Positions 1 to 14,032 of a stretch of DNA of 64,000 nucleotides are shown here, piece by piece. The stretch is from Spongospora subterranea f. sp. subterranea (taxonomy: Eukaryota), in NCBI GenBank assembly GCA_049724395.1, contig JAUGWO010000113.1, forward strand, positions 62,001 to 126,000. Reading direction: 5' to 3'. The first letter of the stretch is position 1; each line of letters begins with the position of its first letter. The position numbers and the translations under genes were made by a program. The notes under the pieces are model-generated. The model saw only the letters and a program-made list of their open reading frames with translations. It did not search any database and was not told the origin of the DNA.

Positions 1-1376
1 TCTGTTCGGTCATAACGGTTGGTTTCTCCTTTGACTATGTCTGGTATTGCAAGCTCTGATGTGGGTTTACTTGTTGTCAGAAGCACCAGAGTCCGCCGTC
101 AAAGAGCCTGCTGTCAAAGGCGTAAAGCGTAAACGCAAATCGCTTGCCGCTGATGAACAGGTGAAAACCACCGTGCCGGAAGCACTTCCGTCGTCCTGGA
201 CCGAACAACTGTCGGCACAGGTGCAGCGCATTCTGGGCTGTACAAATCGAGGATCCGTTTCACATGAGGATGTGGTCGCCATGTCGCAGGAGCCCCGCCT
301 GAACTGTCTCTTGTCCAGCATGAAACTGATTCTATTGCAGTCCGATCAAGATTATTTACCTAGCCAAGGTCACGCCTTACTTCATGATTTTGCCAACTGT
401 GAGGTTGAGTGGGCGTTGAATATTCTCCAGCAGTCTCGACTTGTCGTAACTCGTAAACTTCATCGTGGTGACAATACGACCCGCGGATACTTTTCACTTT
501 CATCGAAATCATGCGATCATTTGCAATACCCACTTTACCCTTTTGCCCTTCGACAATATCTGCACAGTACTATTAATGTGGAAGCCAATACTATAACGTG
601 CCAGGCTGGGACTGTTGCCAAAGCAGTGTCGTTATTAGCAGGCAATGACGCCATGGTCATCCGATGCGATGGGAACGAGTGCTGTGTTGATCAGGTGAAT
701 ATTGCTATAGATGCCGTTGTTGATACCCTTCCCGAATTTGATTGCACCTGTTACGATTCGGGTTGTTGAACCTGAAGTTGATGAAGATCTTCTACGTCTT
801 CTTGCAGAAGCCGGTCCCAACGGTGCCGAATTTTCCGAGGAACAGGACGCCGCTCTTCAGGATCTCTGTAATCTAGAGCTGGTGTACCCTATTGACTGCT
901 TCTCAGTTCGACGATATGTCCATCGTGATCACGCCGATAACTGGCTTGTAGAAGGGTTTTCAAGGAGATCATGGCGTCTGGTTGATGGCTCGCTAAATAT
1001 GCAACTGGTGGATCAACTTAGATGGATGATTGTTAGTGCTCTTTGTGATAAACCGGGAACTGATTCCGACACGCTAGGTAAACTGCAATACATTGTTATT
1101 AAAAGTGTTCTTGATGTTTGTTATTATGATGCAATCAATGCCTATCAAGGGAGTAATTGTGCAACTGTTGAAGCAATCCGATTAATGGGTTTCAACGATT
1201 TGTTTCTGACGATTGTTTTTTCAGCCGGGATGTGCTCCTTTTTGACGCCTATTGAGTTCGGCGTTCTAATAAACACGCTGGTGTTGGATGGCGCAATATG
1301 GCAACGACCTGTGTATCTACATTGGCCCTCACACCGCTTTTCGGTGTCAATCCTCACCATAATTTATCGACAATAA
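1..1376 (+). CDS. GTF3C1: 3' part of TFIIIC B-block-binding subunit (GTF3C1/Tfc3-like), 5' end outside window
   Basis: C-terminal segment SWRLVDGSLNMQLVDQLRWMIVSALCDKPGT...FLTPIEFGVLINTLVLDGAI resembles the GTF3C1 C-terminus (PWRxxDGxLN...PGI...LxPxxxxxLLxxL). Upstream ORF 47-769 is in a different frame (intron or indel). Confidence 0.65.
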
Positions 1377-1661
1377 GTTATCTTTATTTTGCCAGTCCCG
1401 ATTGTTTGTTGAAATCATAATTAATACACTGTTATCGAAGTATGCAATGTACTGCCTGAACTAATTTCAGTTGTATCGCTGTGGCTTATCGATTTAAGAG
1501 CCCATCATTGCAAGCATTCAGAAAAAGGTAGTGACGTTGGTTTCATGGGGAAAACAAATAACCCCTTGTGTAGAAACGCACCATGTTGGACTGAAAAGGA
1601 TATTTATAATAAATTAAACCACGAACGGTGTAGATTGAAAATGGTGTCGGTGTCGCGGATG

Positions 1662-3185
1662 TCAACCCAGAGATGTAGGCGGCATCAACGACTTGAGATG
1701 ATCGATTCTAGCGACAATCTCGGCGCATTCCAGCTCAGATTGAGCACGATAATGAACTGAAACGATCTCGTTCGCCTCTAGATTTCGAAACAGGATGCGG
1801 AATCCACGGGCCTTTTCCTTCACAAGATTTACAGCAACGACGTCGCGAATGTGGCGACATCGCCCGTTTAACCGAACCTGAGACGGACGTATTGTAGACG
1901 AAATTTCTGTCGATACCCAGCAATCGAATCTGTTTTCTGCCCCAGCGATTTGTCTTCTGCACGGTCCATTCTGAGTATGTCGACGCACTCTCATCCGTGA
2001 ACAGAAAAATATCTGGGTTTGGTGACTCGCCGCACGACATCGGAAGGATTATAAAATCTTGAGAAGGTCTACGACGAAGTTCAAGCACTTCCTCGGACAG
2101 CTCCCCAATGGGCATATCAAAATCAAGCGGGTCGCGCCGCCCTTGATAAAAGAAAGTGAAATCCACAGGCGGGAGTTCGCGAACGCGTTTCTTTGATAGC
2201 AGGTCTAGAACGTCGCGCAAAGTCTGTGATTCTAGCAAAGGTACGACGTGACATTCGTTTTGCGGTAATGATACCCGGATAAGGCGGCAAGTCGGTGAAT
2301 CCCACGAATCGGCGCTCATTGAAGAAGATCTTCGGCGATGGCAAAGTGCCACACGCGATACGCCAAAACTTCTCAAGTCGATAGTAGCGTCGAGTGGAGG
2401 CAGGTCGAAATCTGGGCACGTTCGAGTCATCTTCGTCAAGAAGACGTAGTTCAAATTCCGAAACGCGACCTCGAAGCTGGAACTTTTCTTTGAGGTGGGC
2501 GATAATGGCATCAACCGAAGATAATGTAAACGAGAGTGGAACCCGAACAGTATCAGTCATGTCGTGAATAAAAACATCAATCTGGTCGGAGGAGGAAGAA
2601 GTAGCAGTAGTGGCGCCGTGGGCCTGTAAATCTAGGAGGGAACGGGTCAACGATGACGCAACTGTAGAGGACGCGGATTGGACACTGCATTTGACGAACG
2701 AGGTTTCCTTCGTGGTTTCTGGAATCTGCGAATCGCTGGAGACATTCAAATATCGATATCAGTACCAGATCATGAAAGACCTAAAAAAAAAGAACAACAA
2801 GGACAGGTTGTGTAGGAAATGACACCTATCAGAAAAAAGTTACAATACCAAGCTGCACAATGACAATGGCAGTTCGGTGCTTGAACTGTTAACCTGAATC
2901 TATCAATATTCGTGGACAACAAATTATGAGAAATTGCAAACGTGATCCTGATTGCAAATGAAAACAGCAAACATGTTTGATTACTAACTCTGACAAGTCT
3001 AATGGTGCAGCTGCTGATCCAGGCCAACTCCTGAATGTACTAGAACTGGTTGACGCTGCAGCTGCATTTCTATCAATTTCCTCAGATGACGGCCCAATCA
3101 CAGGCGAATCTGGCAGCGGAGAATGGGTTTCGACAAGTGATGAACTTTTTTTGGATTCCAAGAGTTTCGTTGGAATCCGGATCAT
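1662..3185 (-). CDS. SIN1: TORC2 subunit SIN1/Avo1/RIP3 homolog (CRIM, Ras-binding and PH domains); 5' end uncertain
   Basis: CRIM-like FELRLLDEDDSN/PDFDLPPLD...FGVSRVALC, RBD-like TLRDVLDLLSKKR, PH-like YSEWTVQKTNRWGRKQIRLLGIDRNFVYN and terminal ECAEIVARID. Two +1 indels at 2414-2416 and 1863-1865. Confidence 0.75.
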
Positions 3186-4059
3186 GGACAGATCGAGCAA
3201 GGTGTTGAATGGCAAATGGCCACCAGCTCTTTGTCGAGATGGCGATAAGGAAAACCAGATTACGAATAAAACTGCGCACACAAATAGGTTTAGGGTCTCC
3301 CGCTGACCCCATACACCAAAGAATCGGTCACATGTCACTCACGACTATTAACAACATCGGTTTTACGTCTGTCAGATACTGGAGTAACGTGGATGTGACC
3401 GTGGGTAATTGGGCGGGTATGTCGTGGAAATTTGGGCGAGGGTGAATGAAACCGAATCCGGCAGTCTGCTCATTGGCAAATTGGTTGACAGGATGAGCGG
3501 CGATAGCTTCTGGTCCTGAAGTGTTGGTCAAATCAACGGTCTGAATAGTGGCACTGGATCGGCCGAAGGCGATGCGCTCGCGAGGAGAACAGTATTTATC
3601 CCCAAGTTTATTGTAAAACAATTCTGACACCTTTTATTCGCATTCTGTCTTCTCTCCATATTTGCTGAACAAACTTGTCACCATTTTGAATTTTTTAAGT
3701 GGGAAGAAGAGGAACACAAAGTGTTTTACAGAACAGTGCGGCCGGAAGTAGAAGAAAACGGGCCTTACGACAAGGACTGGAGAAACCAATAATACATATT
3801 CGGCTGGCAATCGTTTTTTTTGTAGCTCTTTACAGACGTTTGATAAATATTCAACATATAGGTACGTGGGTGTGCCCTATAAGTCTGCCGACGTGCTCTC
3901 ATCATTTACTAATTGAAGCCAATTTCACAATGTTTCTGAGTTGTACTGTAAACACGAGCACACTTCTCTATGTCTTTGACAAAGCAATTGAATATGGTGG
4001 ATTTTTCCGAAACTCAATCTGGACCTCACGGGTGTGCTATTCTACAAAAGTCTGAAGTT

Positions 4060-5320
4060 GACATCAGCTTTGTGAGATTGTCGTGCTAGTCCTTCAACCC
4101 TACTATGTTGATTGTCACCGGTTGTTGATTAGATCGCACTTAACCTTCTGACAGAGCATCTACATTCTTTATGACGAAGACAACCCAATTGTCTTTAAAG
4201 AGTTGTTCGTCTCATTTCTGAAATTAGGGCTAGGAAGTATTAAATGTGTACCAAGAATTGTTTACCACCTGATGCGAAATGTTTTATCCAGAATGAATGT
4301 CCCATTCTGATGGTAGTATGTCAGCCTTCATATCGAACGTATTTCCATTTTCCATTTGCCAGATGAGGGAGATAGGGAAGACAGGATCAATGGTATTTTT
4401 ATAGAAACAGCAATTATCAATTCGCCATGTATGACTCGTCGTGTTGTTGGTTCAAGTAGAATCAGAGGAATCAGATCCTCTCCTGAAAACGAGGAGGTCC
4501 GGTTCGTTTGAATCCAGATTTCTACGAATATCGGTGATTTGCTAGACAATGTAAGCCCCATTCGTGAGGGAGATATTCTCAAACGCATAGGTGGCATTGC
4601 CTGTCTGGAATCGTCCTAATACTTCAAATGTTGAGCACGTACATTGGCAGAATCATTTGTTGACCAGATCATGAACAACATAAATGTGTTTGTTGACAAC
4701 GCCAACGATCTGAGATGGCGTTAGGAACTCTTTGTTAACAAATCTTCTAGTCGGCCACTTAAAAGTCATGGAGTTCCATCCGCCTTGGCATCTCTGAGGT
4801 CATTCGTGACTACACGTTCTTGAAATTGCGTCTCCTCAAACGTAACGGCTTGTTTTTGTGTTCTGTTTCGTCAAGAAAAGGTATCTTGAGAACAGCTAGA
4901 TGTCATGATCCGAAAGTCTAGGGACCCGAGAATGATGATGGCCTTCAGCCATCATTTGTTGTACCAGTTGGGTCAGTTGATTACTGTGTATCTCCTCGGG
5001 GGCTGCTCCTAACAGTACGATGGCTTCTGGGAAAGAGATCCGGCCCGGTGACGGATGACGATTGAATTGAGACAAAAATAAAGACCATCGAGCTTGACGA
5101 TGCTTCAACAGTTTTGCTAATCATAAACCACTCCAGATTTTTGTGGTCGCTCAAAACAAAATTCGGGGGACGTATGGTCATCCAAGAATAGCGCCACGTG
5201 TGAAAGGATGTCACAGTAACCAACAGCTTTTTGTCATTTCATGATTCAGTTCGGCAGGAGTGAATTTCCGAGAATAAAACGCAACAGGACGTAACCCATC
5301 GGGGTGGGTTTGAGATAGGT
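4060..5320 (-). mobile_element. Degraded Ty3/Gypsy retrotransposon fragments (RNase H; probable gag/pro debris)
   Basis: At ~5050-5320: HPDGLRPVAFYSRKFTPAELNH...VLSDHKNLEWF...RQARWSLFLSQFN, typical Gypsy RNase H. The rest is too decayed to assign firmly. Confidence 0.7.
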
Positions 5321-6847
5321 TATCTCAGCCGCAGTTCCAACACCAGAGTGCCCACGGAATATTGGTGTAGTACGCCATCCATGTCACGAACCGGCTGGCC
5401 AAAAAGGATAACGATAATCGATACTCCTACGAATTCTGGGCCGGCGCTGATCTCCGACATTTACACGTTTGGGCACTGTTCCCCAAACAGAAACGCCAGA
5501 AGCGACGAGATCAAGCGTACATCTTTTTCGGCTACCCAGCGGGTCAAAAGGGTTTAACCTGCTGGATTGAATGAAGGAAAGAATGTTCGTCTCTCGGGCC
5601 GTTGCGTTTGACGACGCAATTCCAACAAAATAATGTAGAGATGAATGACCTCAGAGATATGGCTATGCGGATAAACCCATCACTCAACGACCACAAATTT
5701 GAGTCCGGTCCGCAAAGTTCGAAACGACGGCGATCAAGTCGAACCCGAAATTAATATAATAGTATAATTGAACAGCAGGTCGCTAATGACAATGATGGAG
5801 GAGTGAGAACCAACGAGGAGAGCAAGGAAACTGATTTGGCCGATGAACTCCGACCAGGACGTGGAGCGCCTAATGAACAATGTGAGCAAATCACTTCTTA
5901 CTCCATCTCAACATGTCGAAATTTTCCGTCTCGTTCTTCGGACACCTTCTATGTCTATAGCCACCCCAGAAGCCAAGAAGGTAATTCTCGTCAACAGATC
6001 CACTTGTCTCCTAACTCTTAAGCATTTGTCGGTGCTCGTCCTCCCGGTCAGCTAAATTTTGTCAACATCAATGCTCAACACGGATTTGGTCGGAATTTCT
6101 ACCTTGTTACTCGACGTTAACTTTAAGGAGAATGTGGACGGAGTTAGGTTCAATGAATCAAGAGTTGAACGCTTGATTAAACCACAATGTTGAAGAGATT
6201 GGAAAATGTCAAAGCGATTTTGGCCGAACTGATGACTTCGGTCAATTTTCATGACGGGATAACAGCAAATTATTCAGGAATTGTGCTGGCACGATCATGG
6301 GCAAAGAACGAACCATTCGAATTTGATTTGAAGTTTGAGAAAATGTTGGCAAAGTTGACGGTTTTATTGGCGTATTTGTTGACAGTTATAAGTGCATAAT
6401 ATGAGAAATCGGCTGTGGGTGCTCTTATTGATGATGGCAGACACACAGGCCTACAGGCACCGCCGGCCAGCAAGGCAATCAAATAAATCGAAAGAGTTAT
6501 CAAATATCAAATCCAATTCGCTGCCCATCACATCATGACCAGTATTGAGAAATCGCTACCGATTTCAGTGCACGGCGCCAAGAAGAAATCAACAAAGAGC
6601 ACAAGACAGCCACAAGAGTTAAAGACGAAAAATGGTTTCTTAAAAGGAATGGTTCGACCAAGGTTTTCAGCAAGTGCGGAAAAATTGGCAAAATTCGAGG
6701 AAAAGATAACAATGATGAAAGGGAAGTGGAAGAGAAGACCCAACAGTGGTTAATACCTCTCATACTGTTTGAAGTTGGGTTGCTTGTGTACTTGTTTTGT
6801 GGACCAAATAAACACTTCATGGCGAGATTGCCCTGGTTACCTATAGG

Positions 6848-7260
6848 TGGAAAATACGCAGATTTGGTTTTCCCGTGCTCAATTTCCGGATTTAAAATCC
6901 GAATCTTTGAAGATTCGCACAATTGTATTGCGGTGACGTGTTGCCGTGACGATGGCGACCAACCGATCCCGTCTTGCTGATGCAAAACGCCATCTGTTTT
7001 CTTGAAATACCAGAAACTTCGCCATGGTTGAAGGAAAGGCTGCCCAGAATAAAGCCATGGTTTCAGGCCAAAAATTATCCAAGACAGCCAGGCTTTCCGG
7101 CAATGGCTGCTTTTGTCGTTGACTTCAGCAAAAGCCGGCCCTGGACTGCTGCCGTTGCGAAAAGTCGGTATGCAAGCTACCGAAAGAGGGACAAAAATTC
7201 CAAGAATATGTCACAACCTGGCGAGCAATATCAAAAAATCGAAATCAGCCTGGCGCTTCA
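6848..7260 (+). pseudogene. Partial inverted copy of the Myb/SANT-like gene at 7324-7850
   Basis: GFPAMAAFVVDFSKSRPWTAAVAKSRYASYRKR is a diverged reverse-complement copy of 7564-7838. Confidence 0.65.
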
Positions 7261-7323
7261 ACGCGTGTCGGGGAATTGGCTGTATAGTTTCATCCAAATC
7301 GGAATGTTGTTCTTGCGCTGTTT

Positions 7324-7850
7324 TTAATGAAGAATCGCTAGAAGAAGCATCAGTTGCACCATCTTCAGATGAAAAATTAGGCGTTTCGTTCCAAAAGTCG
7401 CTCTAACTCCAACAACTTCAACAATTGTGGACGGTGTTATATTTTGGCGGTGGCCTAACGCCTGATCCATTTTATCGAAATAAGGGCAAAGTGACTCGAG
7501 CTTTTGCTCGATGGTGGTTATATTTTTTTGCGGTCCACGTCGGTGATGCCGTGTCCGGTTGATCCAGGTTGTGACATCTTCTTGGAATTTTTGTACCTCT
7601 TTCTGTAGCTTGCATACCGACTTTTCGCAAAGCAACAGTCCAAAGCCGGCTTTTGCTGAAGTCAACGACAAAAGTAGCTATTGCCTGAAAGCCTGCTGTC
7701 TTGAATAATTTTGCATCACCATGAAGGGATGGATGGTCGGCAACGTCACGACAAAACAATTGTGCGAACCTTCAAAATTTGAATTTAGTTCGGGGAATTG
7801 CGCTCGGGAAAACCGAATCTCAACTGCGTATTTTCCACAGCAATCATGAA
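7324..7850 (-). pseudogene. Myb/SANT-like protein of the type accompanying PIF/Harbinger transposons, frameshifted
   Basis: TTIEQKLESLCPYFDKMDQALGHRQNITP matches the CPYFxxxDxxxGxRxNxxP motif of such proteins; preceded by GFQAIATFV. Confidence 0.6.
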
Positions 7851-10800
7851 CCCCATCTGGCTGGCGTCTTATGATGATTTTGATCGGTTAAACTCGATAA
7901 CAATAACACAGGATGGGGAACAACTCAAAACGAATCAGGAGTCGAAAATTCCATAGAAAGTACCCTTAAAGACAAAAACGCGCATGTAAATTGTGACAAC
8001 AACCGCCGTCAGCGGACCCAGTGCTCACGTGAGCGATCAGGGGCAACCTCATATTGACCAAGAGAAAACATCACGCCACATCGCTCTTTCGATTAAAGGA
8101 GACGCGGAGCAATGGCCAGTTGAATTTTCAGGATCATGCATAATTCAGACGGACAGAACTTAGAAGTTTGAGTTTTTCATTTAACAAAGGCTAACGTTCC
8201 CAACAGTTTCAGATTCGGACCACGTGCAATTCCTGATTTGACAATTTAACCGAACATTAATAACATCATAAAAAGAGTTAATAGTCATAATCATGATATA
8301 ACATTTTTTCATTCAACTCATAATTCAAATACAAGCGACATCGAGGGCAATGGAAATCAAATAAATAATTTTAAGACGAATCTTTTGCCACGAAGAGCGC
8401 TTCAATGTGTAAGTAATAGTATTTGAGACGAAACAGACCAGCGAAATCGCAACACATTTTGATGCACTCTCCAAGGATTCGAAATTAAAACGAATGCACC
8501 AATTGAAGAGCTCGGCACTCGGCACAACTCTTCAATTGTCGATTTGCTGCAGTTCGTTGAGACAAGCGAGATTGATGGAGACATTGTTGCCATTCAAGCG
8601 AGATTTGTAAATCAGAAAACTCTTGTAGCCAAGGCAACATCAGCGGACAGAGATGATAACAGGATCGAAGATGGGTTCAAGAGAGGATGAGACAGACAGG
8701 TCCATGAACAGATTGATGGCAGCCGGTCGATGCGAGCCGAATATACGGGACAAAAATGGACCAATCGATCAAATCAATGCAAATCCAAAGATCAATGAGA
8801 GATACATGTGGAATATGGCCATTTTCAATAGTGCATTCTGACCGGAACAAAAGTTTTACATAGCTTGAGACATGAGCTTTCAATGGAGAATTCGATAAAT
8901 GAGGGTCATCATCACTAACAAAACAGCAGGGATACCAAACCGGGTGACCCAATCGATTAAGAAATCTGCAGCAAAAGAAGCTCTAGCATTGACCCAAAGA
9001 AACAAGTCAACAAAATAGCTTATATCATCACGAACAAAAAAACGGAAATCAAATTGCTTCTCACGTGATGGACCAATCTCTAAGAAATGCAAATGAAGGG
9101 CCCAGTTCAGATCAGAAGTGTGATTATGGAGACCGCTTTGTCTCGGGGCAACATCCTATGCCATATTTACAGTACAAAGCAAGCAAAGTTTGCAAAAGCG
9201 TAGAAACATCCGTGGCCAGTCCACTCCAGAAAAGCTTTTTTTGAACGAGGAGCTTTAACATGGTGAAATCCAGAAAGACCACATTACGAAGATAACAAAA
9301 TACGGAACAACGTCAGGAAGAAGACATATACAGCGAGATTAAAATAAGCAGACTTCGTTCTAATCAATGAATTTGGAGCGTTAATTGTTAACCGAGACCC
9401 AGTTGGAATGAATAGAAAAAAACATCAGAAAACTGAAATACTGCAGGGGTGGAATGATGCCAACTGTAACGCGACGCACAAATATGAAAACAGGAAAATC
9501 CACAGACGGAAAACGATTGCGTTCAAGCGTTTCGTCACCAAATAGCTTTCATACTTAGATTTACAAAAAAAACAATGAACTTTTTCCAGAAAATATCGAT
9601 TCAATAGGCGAAAAATGTTCATGATGATAGAGAAAATTACGTCTCGGTAGTCGGTGGAAGTACGAAAACGAATATTTATCAATGCACAGGAGATAAACAA
9701 AACAACGAACAGCGTATTGAACTGGATGAGCGTCCTTCTCAGATACGGGGCAATTCGCAGAAGGGCCTTCTAATAAACAGAAAGTAAGCAGTTGATACGG
9801 CTGCTCTCTACTCGGAACATTTCAATTCTTGAACAGGTTTTGGGTAATCACAATCATCCAAAAGTCCATACTAGTATCAGTAAACAAACAAGGAACCAGA
9901 CCTGTTAGGATCGGCTGGTCTTTCATGGGACAATGACAGTTTGGAACGGGCAGCCCATCTCCATAAGAATGCAATCGGCGGCTTTTCGAAGGGGAGCATG
10001 AGAAAAAGCTGGAGTTGCGGAGCAATCTGTATTGCAAAACAAGGAGTGGAAGATGATACCCATGCAGCCGCACAAAAGACCTATTGTACGTCAGTGTTTT
10101 GACAAGGGTCAGGTGATTTGGCTTTGAAAAGATGCAGTTTCCACACGAGAGCGTCAGATTGACCTGATGACATTATACAACCAGACAAATCTCCAAAATA
10201 ATACAGACCGCGTTAAAATGCAAACACGCCATTACAGTTGAATTGGTAGCTTCGAATAGGAGTAAAGACAACAAAGGCAGTAGCAAAACATTGTAAATCA
10301 AGATCACAACCAACAGGGTGTAAGCGATCAAGGATAAAAAATGACAAGATCATTATAAATGACAAATATCATTTTATCATGGTCGAATTTGCAGGAAGCA
10401 TGCCGATTATCACATGGCCAAGGTTTTTGGGTTGACAACGAACGCAGATAGAGCCAAGAGGGATTACGGTTGATGTAGATGTATCCAAAATTTTTGGGTT
10501 CGGAAACCATTCGCGCATATTGAACCCCGGCAACCAGACACATGTTTCGAGAATGGCACCAGGTAATTGCTTTAGAATCAACGAAGTGACCTTATCAGGT
10601 AATAAATCCTGACATCAAGAATAGAAACATGTCGAAAACTAAAGAAAATGAACAGATTACGATAGATTTGAAAATTCAAGAATAGAAAAAGTTATTGTTG
10701 AAAATTGAGGGTTAGGGTTTTTTTGGGGTTGTTGAGAACTAAATGAAGAATTGAAGACTTTGCTGTACGTTGTTGTTGAAAATTAAAGTGTTGCTGAGGA

Positions 10801-11016
10801 TAGGTTGCTGAGAACTGAGATGGGTTTTGCGAGAAAAAAGTGTTGCTGAAGCAATTACCATCCTGTCGAAAGCATATAACTACTACGTTTAGGAATTGAA
10901 TATTGTATTGAGCACAGGAAAAAAGCCTCATAACTTGAAAGGGCTTTTCCTGCGCCACACCGGGACGGACTTCGAGAACAAACGCCGAGGTTTGGCAAAA
11001 CTGGGCTGTAGATGGA

Positions 11017-12056
11017 ATGAGCGAAATAGAGAGGTTGTTTTCCAAAGGTGGCTGCCGACATGGACCGAATCCCATAATCAGAGCGTATAGGCGCCCCGCT
11101 GCAGGGCGTAGACTGGATCATGATGAACCAGCAAGACCTATAAATGAACTCTCGTCAGACCAAGATCACGTCCTCATCTGCGCCATTGCTCTGTCCAATA
11201 TTTCCATTTTCCAACGCTATCTATACGCGATCGATCGATTACGGCAGATCCGCCAAGAAATTGCACGACAACGCCTGTCTAAGTCCCCATTGATTGCCCC
11301 ATTGATTCTTGCCCAGATTCAATTCCACGCCATATCACGCGATTTACTGTCATCTTGTGCTGATTTCGATGGTGTTATGAACGATGATCTTCTTGCTGAC
11401 TGCATTAGCTATATTCCGTACTGTAATGATTCAGGTATTCTACCACATTCAGTTTCAATCGGCAATATCACTCATCACACGTCAAAGCTTCCACCGTCTG
11501 CAGGTCAAATGGTAGTGTTGCAATCGTGTCCTCCAGAGATGTTAGTTGCGAATCTGATGCAACTCCTTCCTCCAACCATTACGTCTTCGACTGGTCTAGC
11601 ACCGCCAATTCAAGGACAGCGTACGCCAGGGCACTGGATGAGTGCCAGCGTTTGTTCGATCTGTCCCAGAATCGTCCGCAGTTGGCGCTCGCTCCATCCA
11701 CGCGTCCATTGGCGATCGCACTTGTAACTTGTAACTACAATTGCGCATTTCACCTGATCCGCGCTCTACCTTACGCTTATGCATGTATCGTGATACCTTT
11801 GCTGACGCGCTTTCGCGTTATCGCCATAGAACGCATGCAACTAGCGTATAGGCCGTCATTGTCGTGTTCTATAATCGCAACTATGTGCTGTTGTGCCCTC
11901 AATCAGGTGTCGGCGCTGCCTGGTGTCGTTTTCGATGATTATAATAATGTCCATTTCGGTGTTGAATGCAAGCGATGTCGCGATCCGATCCTATCCAATA
12001 TGATCCCAGACGCTGACTATTCATCTGTCATCGATTTATTTACTCTTTGCAAATAA
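11017..12056 (+). CDS. SAC3/GANP-family (SAC3D1-like) protein
   Basis: YRRPAAG...RP...YAIDRLRQIRQE...FH...FD..MN motifs; C-terminal NYNCAFHLIRALPYAYAC...R..AIERMQLAY lies in a second frame (intron or indel). Confidence 0.75.
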
Positions 12057-13706
12057 ATTGAAAAAGCTGTCAGCAGGCGTAACCTATCTTGGCATCATCC
12101 AGGTGATAGTCACGTTACATACTTATCTATCCTACTACAGTACACACTGTGTCGTGGAAACCGAATCGGTTAACGCCGTTTTTGAATCGATTTGGTTCCC
12201 GTCTTCGTCCCGATTCCTCTAGCTTCCATCTTCGTCTCTCTCCCTCGTTATAGTGTCCTCCTTCTCTAGCCTCTTCCTCGTCTACATCTCTCAACTTCAT
12301 TATTTCCGGTTCATAACAGTTTAACCGAACTCATGGTATCTGTAACATACATCGGTATACACTGGTCAGGTGGATTACTATAGATGCTATTTACACACAA
12401 TAGATGTTCCTAGCCAATACAGTAATTCACTGTGACAAAGCTATCTCTATTAATGCCCGAACCCTGAATTGGGACCGTAAGACCCCTCAACCCCGGATCA
12501 GTTTGGCAAAAAGTCTTGGTTCTCAGTACCAAATTCACACCCCCAATATCAGCAAAAAAGTCTTGTTAGAATGATTTTGTGGAAATATTTCTGCACCCTC
12601 GACACAGTGGCCAATGCACGTCGAACCTCATTGCCGCTTCAGTCATGTCGGAGTCGTTTATCGATCAGCTGAAGGAGCTGAACGCCCTGCTCAAAGCCGG
12701 TGCGATCGACGATGGGTCTGACCACATGGCCATAATGAATGTGGAAGAGTGAGCTGCTTGCAGTAAACTCGAAACTCTGGATAGGCAATGTAATCGGGTG
12801 GGGGCAGGTCCCATTCGGTATGGTCGTAGGACAGGTTATGTTGCTGAATCCAGCTGGTCTAATAGGTTTCCTTCATTGGATACCCAAGCTACTTGTAGCG
12901 GCCAGGCGGAAGTAGGGAAAACCTGGTAGTACACAGGATTACCCGACCCATAAGAACCCGCGAACCTTTGTAAAACATACCATACCATGCGATCGACGAA
13001 TCAGAGGTCTCTGCGTTGAATCGCTCGATAATTGGTCGGGTGGTTGGCACACAGCCCTCAGAGCCAACCGCCCTGACCGCATGTGCACTGCCTCTCGTCG
13101 TATCGTCAGGTGATTTGTCGGTGATTTGCACCACGTCTGGCGGGTCTGCATCTTCGAGCAGAAGGGAGGCGAGCTGTGATTTACCTCCGTCCATGAATAG
13201 TGATGTTTCGGTTGTCTCAATTAAACAGGTGCAGTCAACGCTTCACAAATTTTTTCAGTCAGTGTTTCATTGAGGAAAATGGATCTAAATTCATTGCTGT
13301 CGCCTGTCAGCGCACAGTCGCTGAGCGACTGCTGTGCAAAACATGTGGGAAGAAGTGTCAAACGACATAGGCACTGATAGCGCATCGAATCGTCTGTTGA
13401 TGGATGAAATCAAACCTGTTGACAATCACCCAATCCTCGATTCCCAAGTGGTAAGTTTCATTGTCGCGTTTATCGTTCAATGCCTTTTGGATTCGACACG
13501 TTCGAGAACTCATTCGTTGCACTGGAATGCTGTTGGATCCACAAACTTCAATAAAGAGCTCTCCTTAGATTTATTCATTGTCGAATTGTTAGGGAGCTTA
13601 GAATTTTGGGTTTTTGAGACATTTTTGTATCACTCAAAAAATGCTGTGTTTAACACCCTGAACCCCGGAATGCGAATTTTTAAGCTTAGCAATCGTCGCT
13701 GCCTTT

Positions 13707-14032
13707 CGACCAGGGTTCGAACATCCAACATTTCTCGATACAAAACACCGCATTCACTGACCAATGCGAAAGTATTTTTGATTTCCCACAGTTTTTGTAT
13801 CACTCATTCGGCATATATCTACAGCCTTCATTCGACAAACTGCTTGACACGCTATCGATGACAATCTGATTGACCATAAGACATTTGGTGAGATGCCTGA
13901 TAATGGTGATGGACACAGTGATCAACGGCCAACCAGAGTTTTTATTTTGTCCTGAAGGTGACGACTCAAACCCCCGAACCTGAGTTCAACGACTGATGTC
14001 GGAACCAATGAAGAATGAGGCCCACATCTGAA
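13707..14032 (+). repeat. Left arm of ~326-bp diverged inverted repeat (partner 18344-18670)
   Basis: Reverse-complement alignment by eye from cgaccagggttcgaacatcc to cacatctgaa; roughly 85-90% identical. Confidence 0.9.

Noticed and set aside
1..1376. Functional link between the TFIIIC gene and nearby tRNA genes
   Set aside because: They are 35 kb apart with unrelated genes between; no evidence beyond coincidence.
10706..10720. Interstitial telomere (gagggttagggtt)
   Set aside because: Only about two degenerate units; expected by chance.
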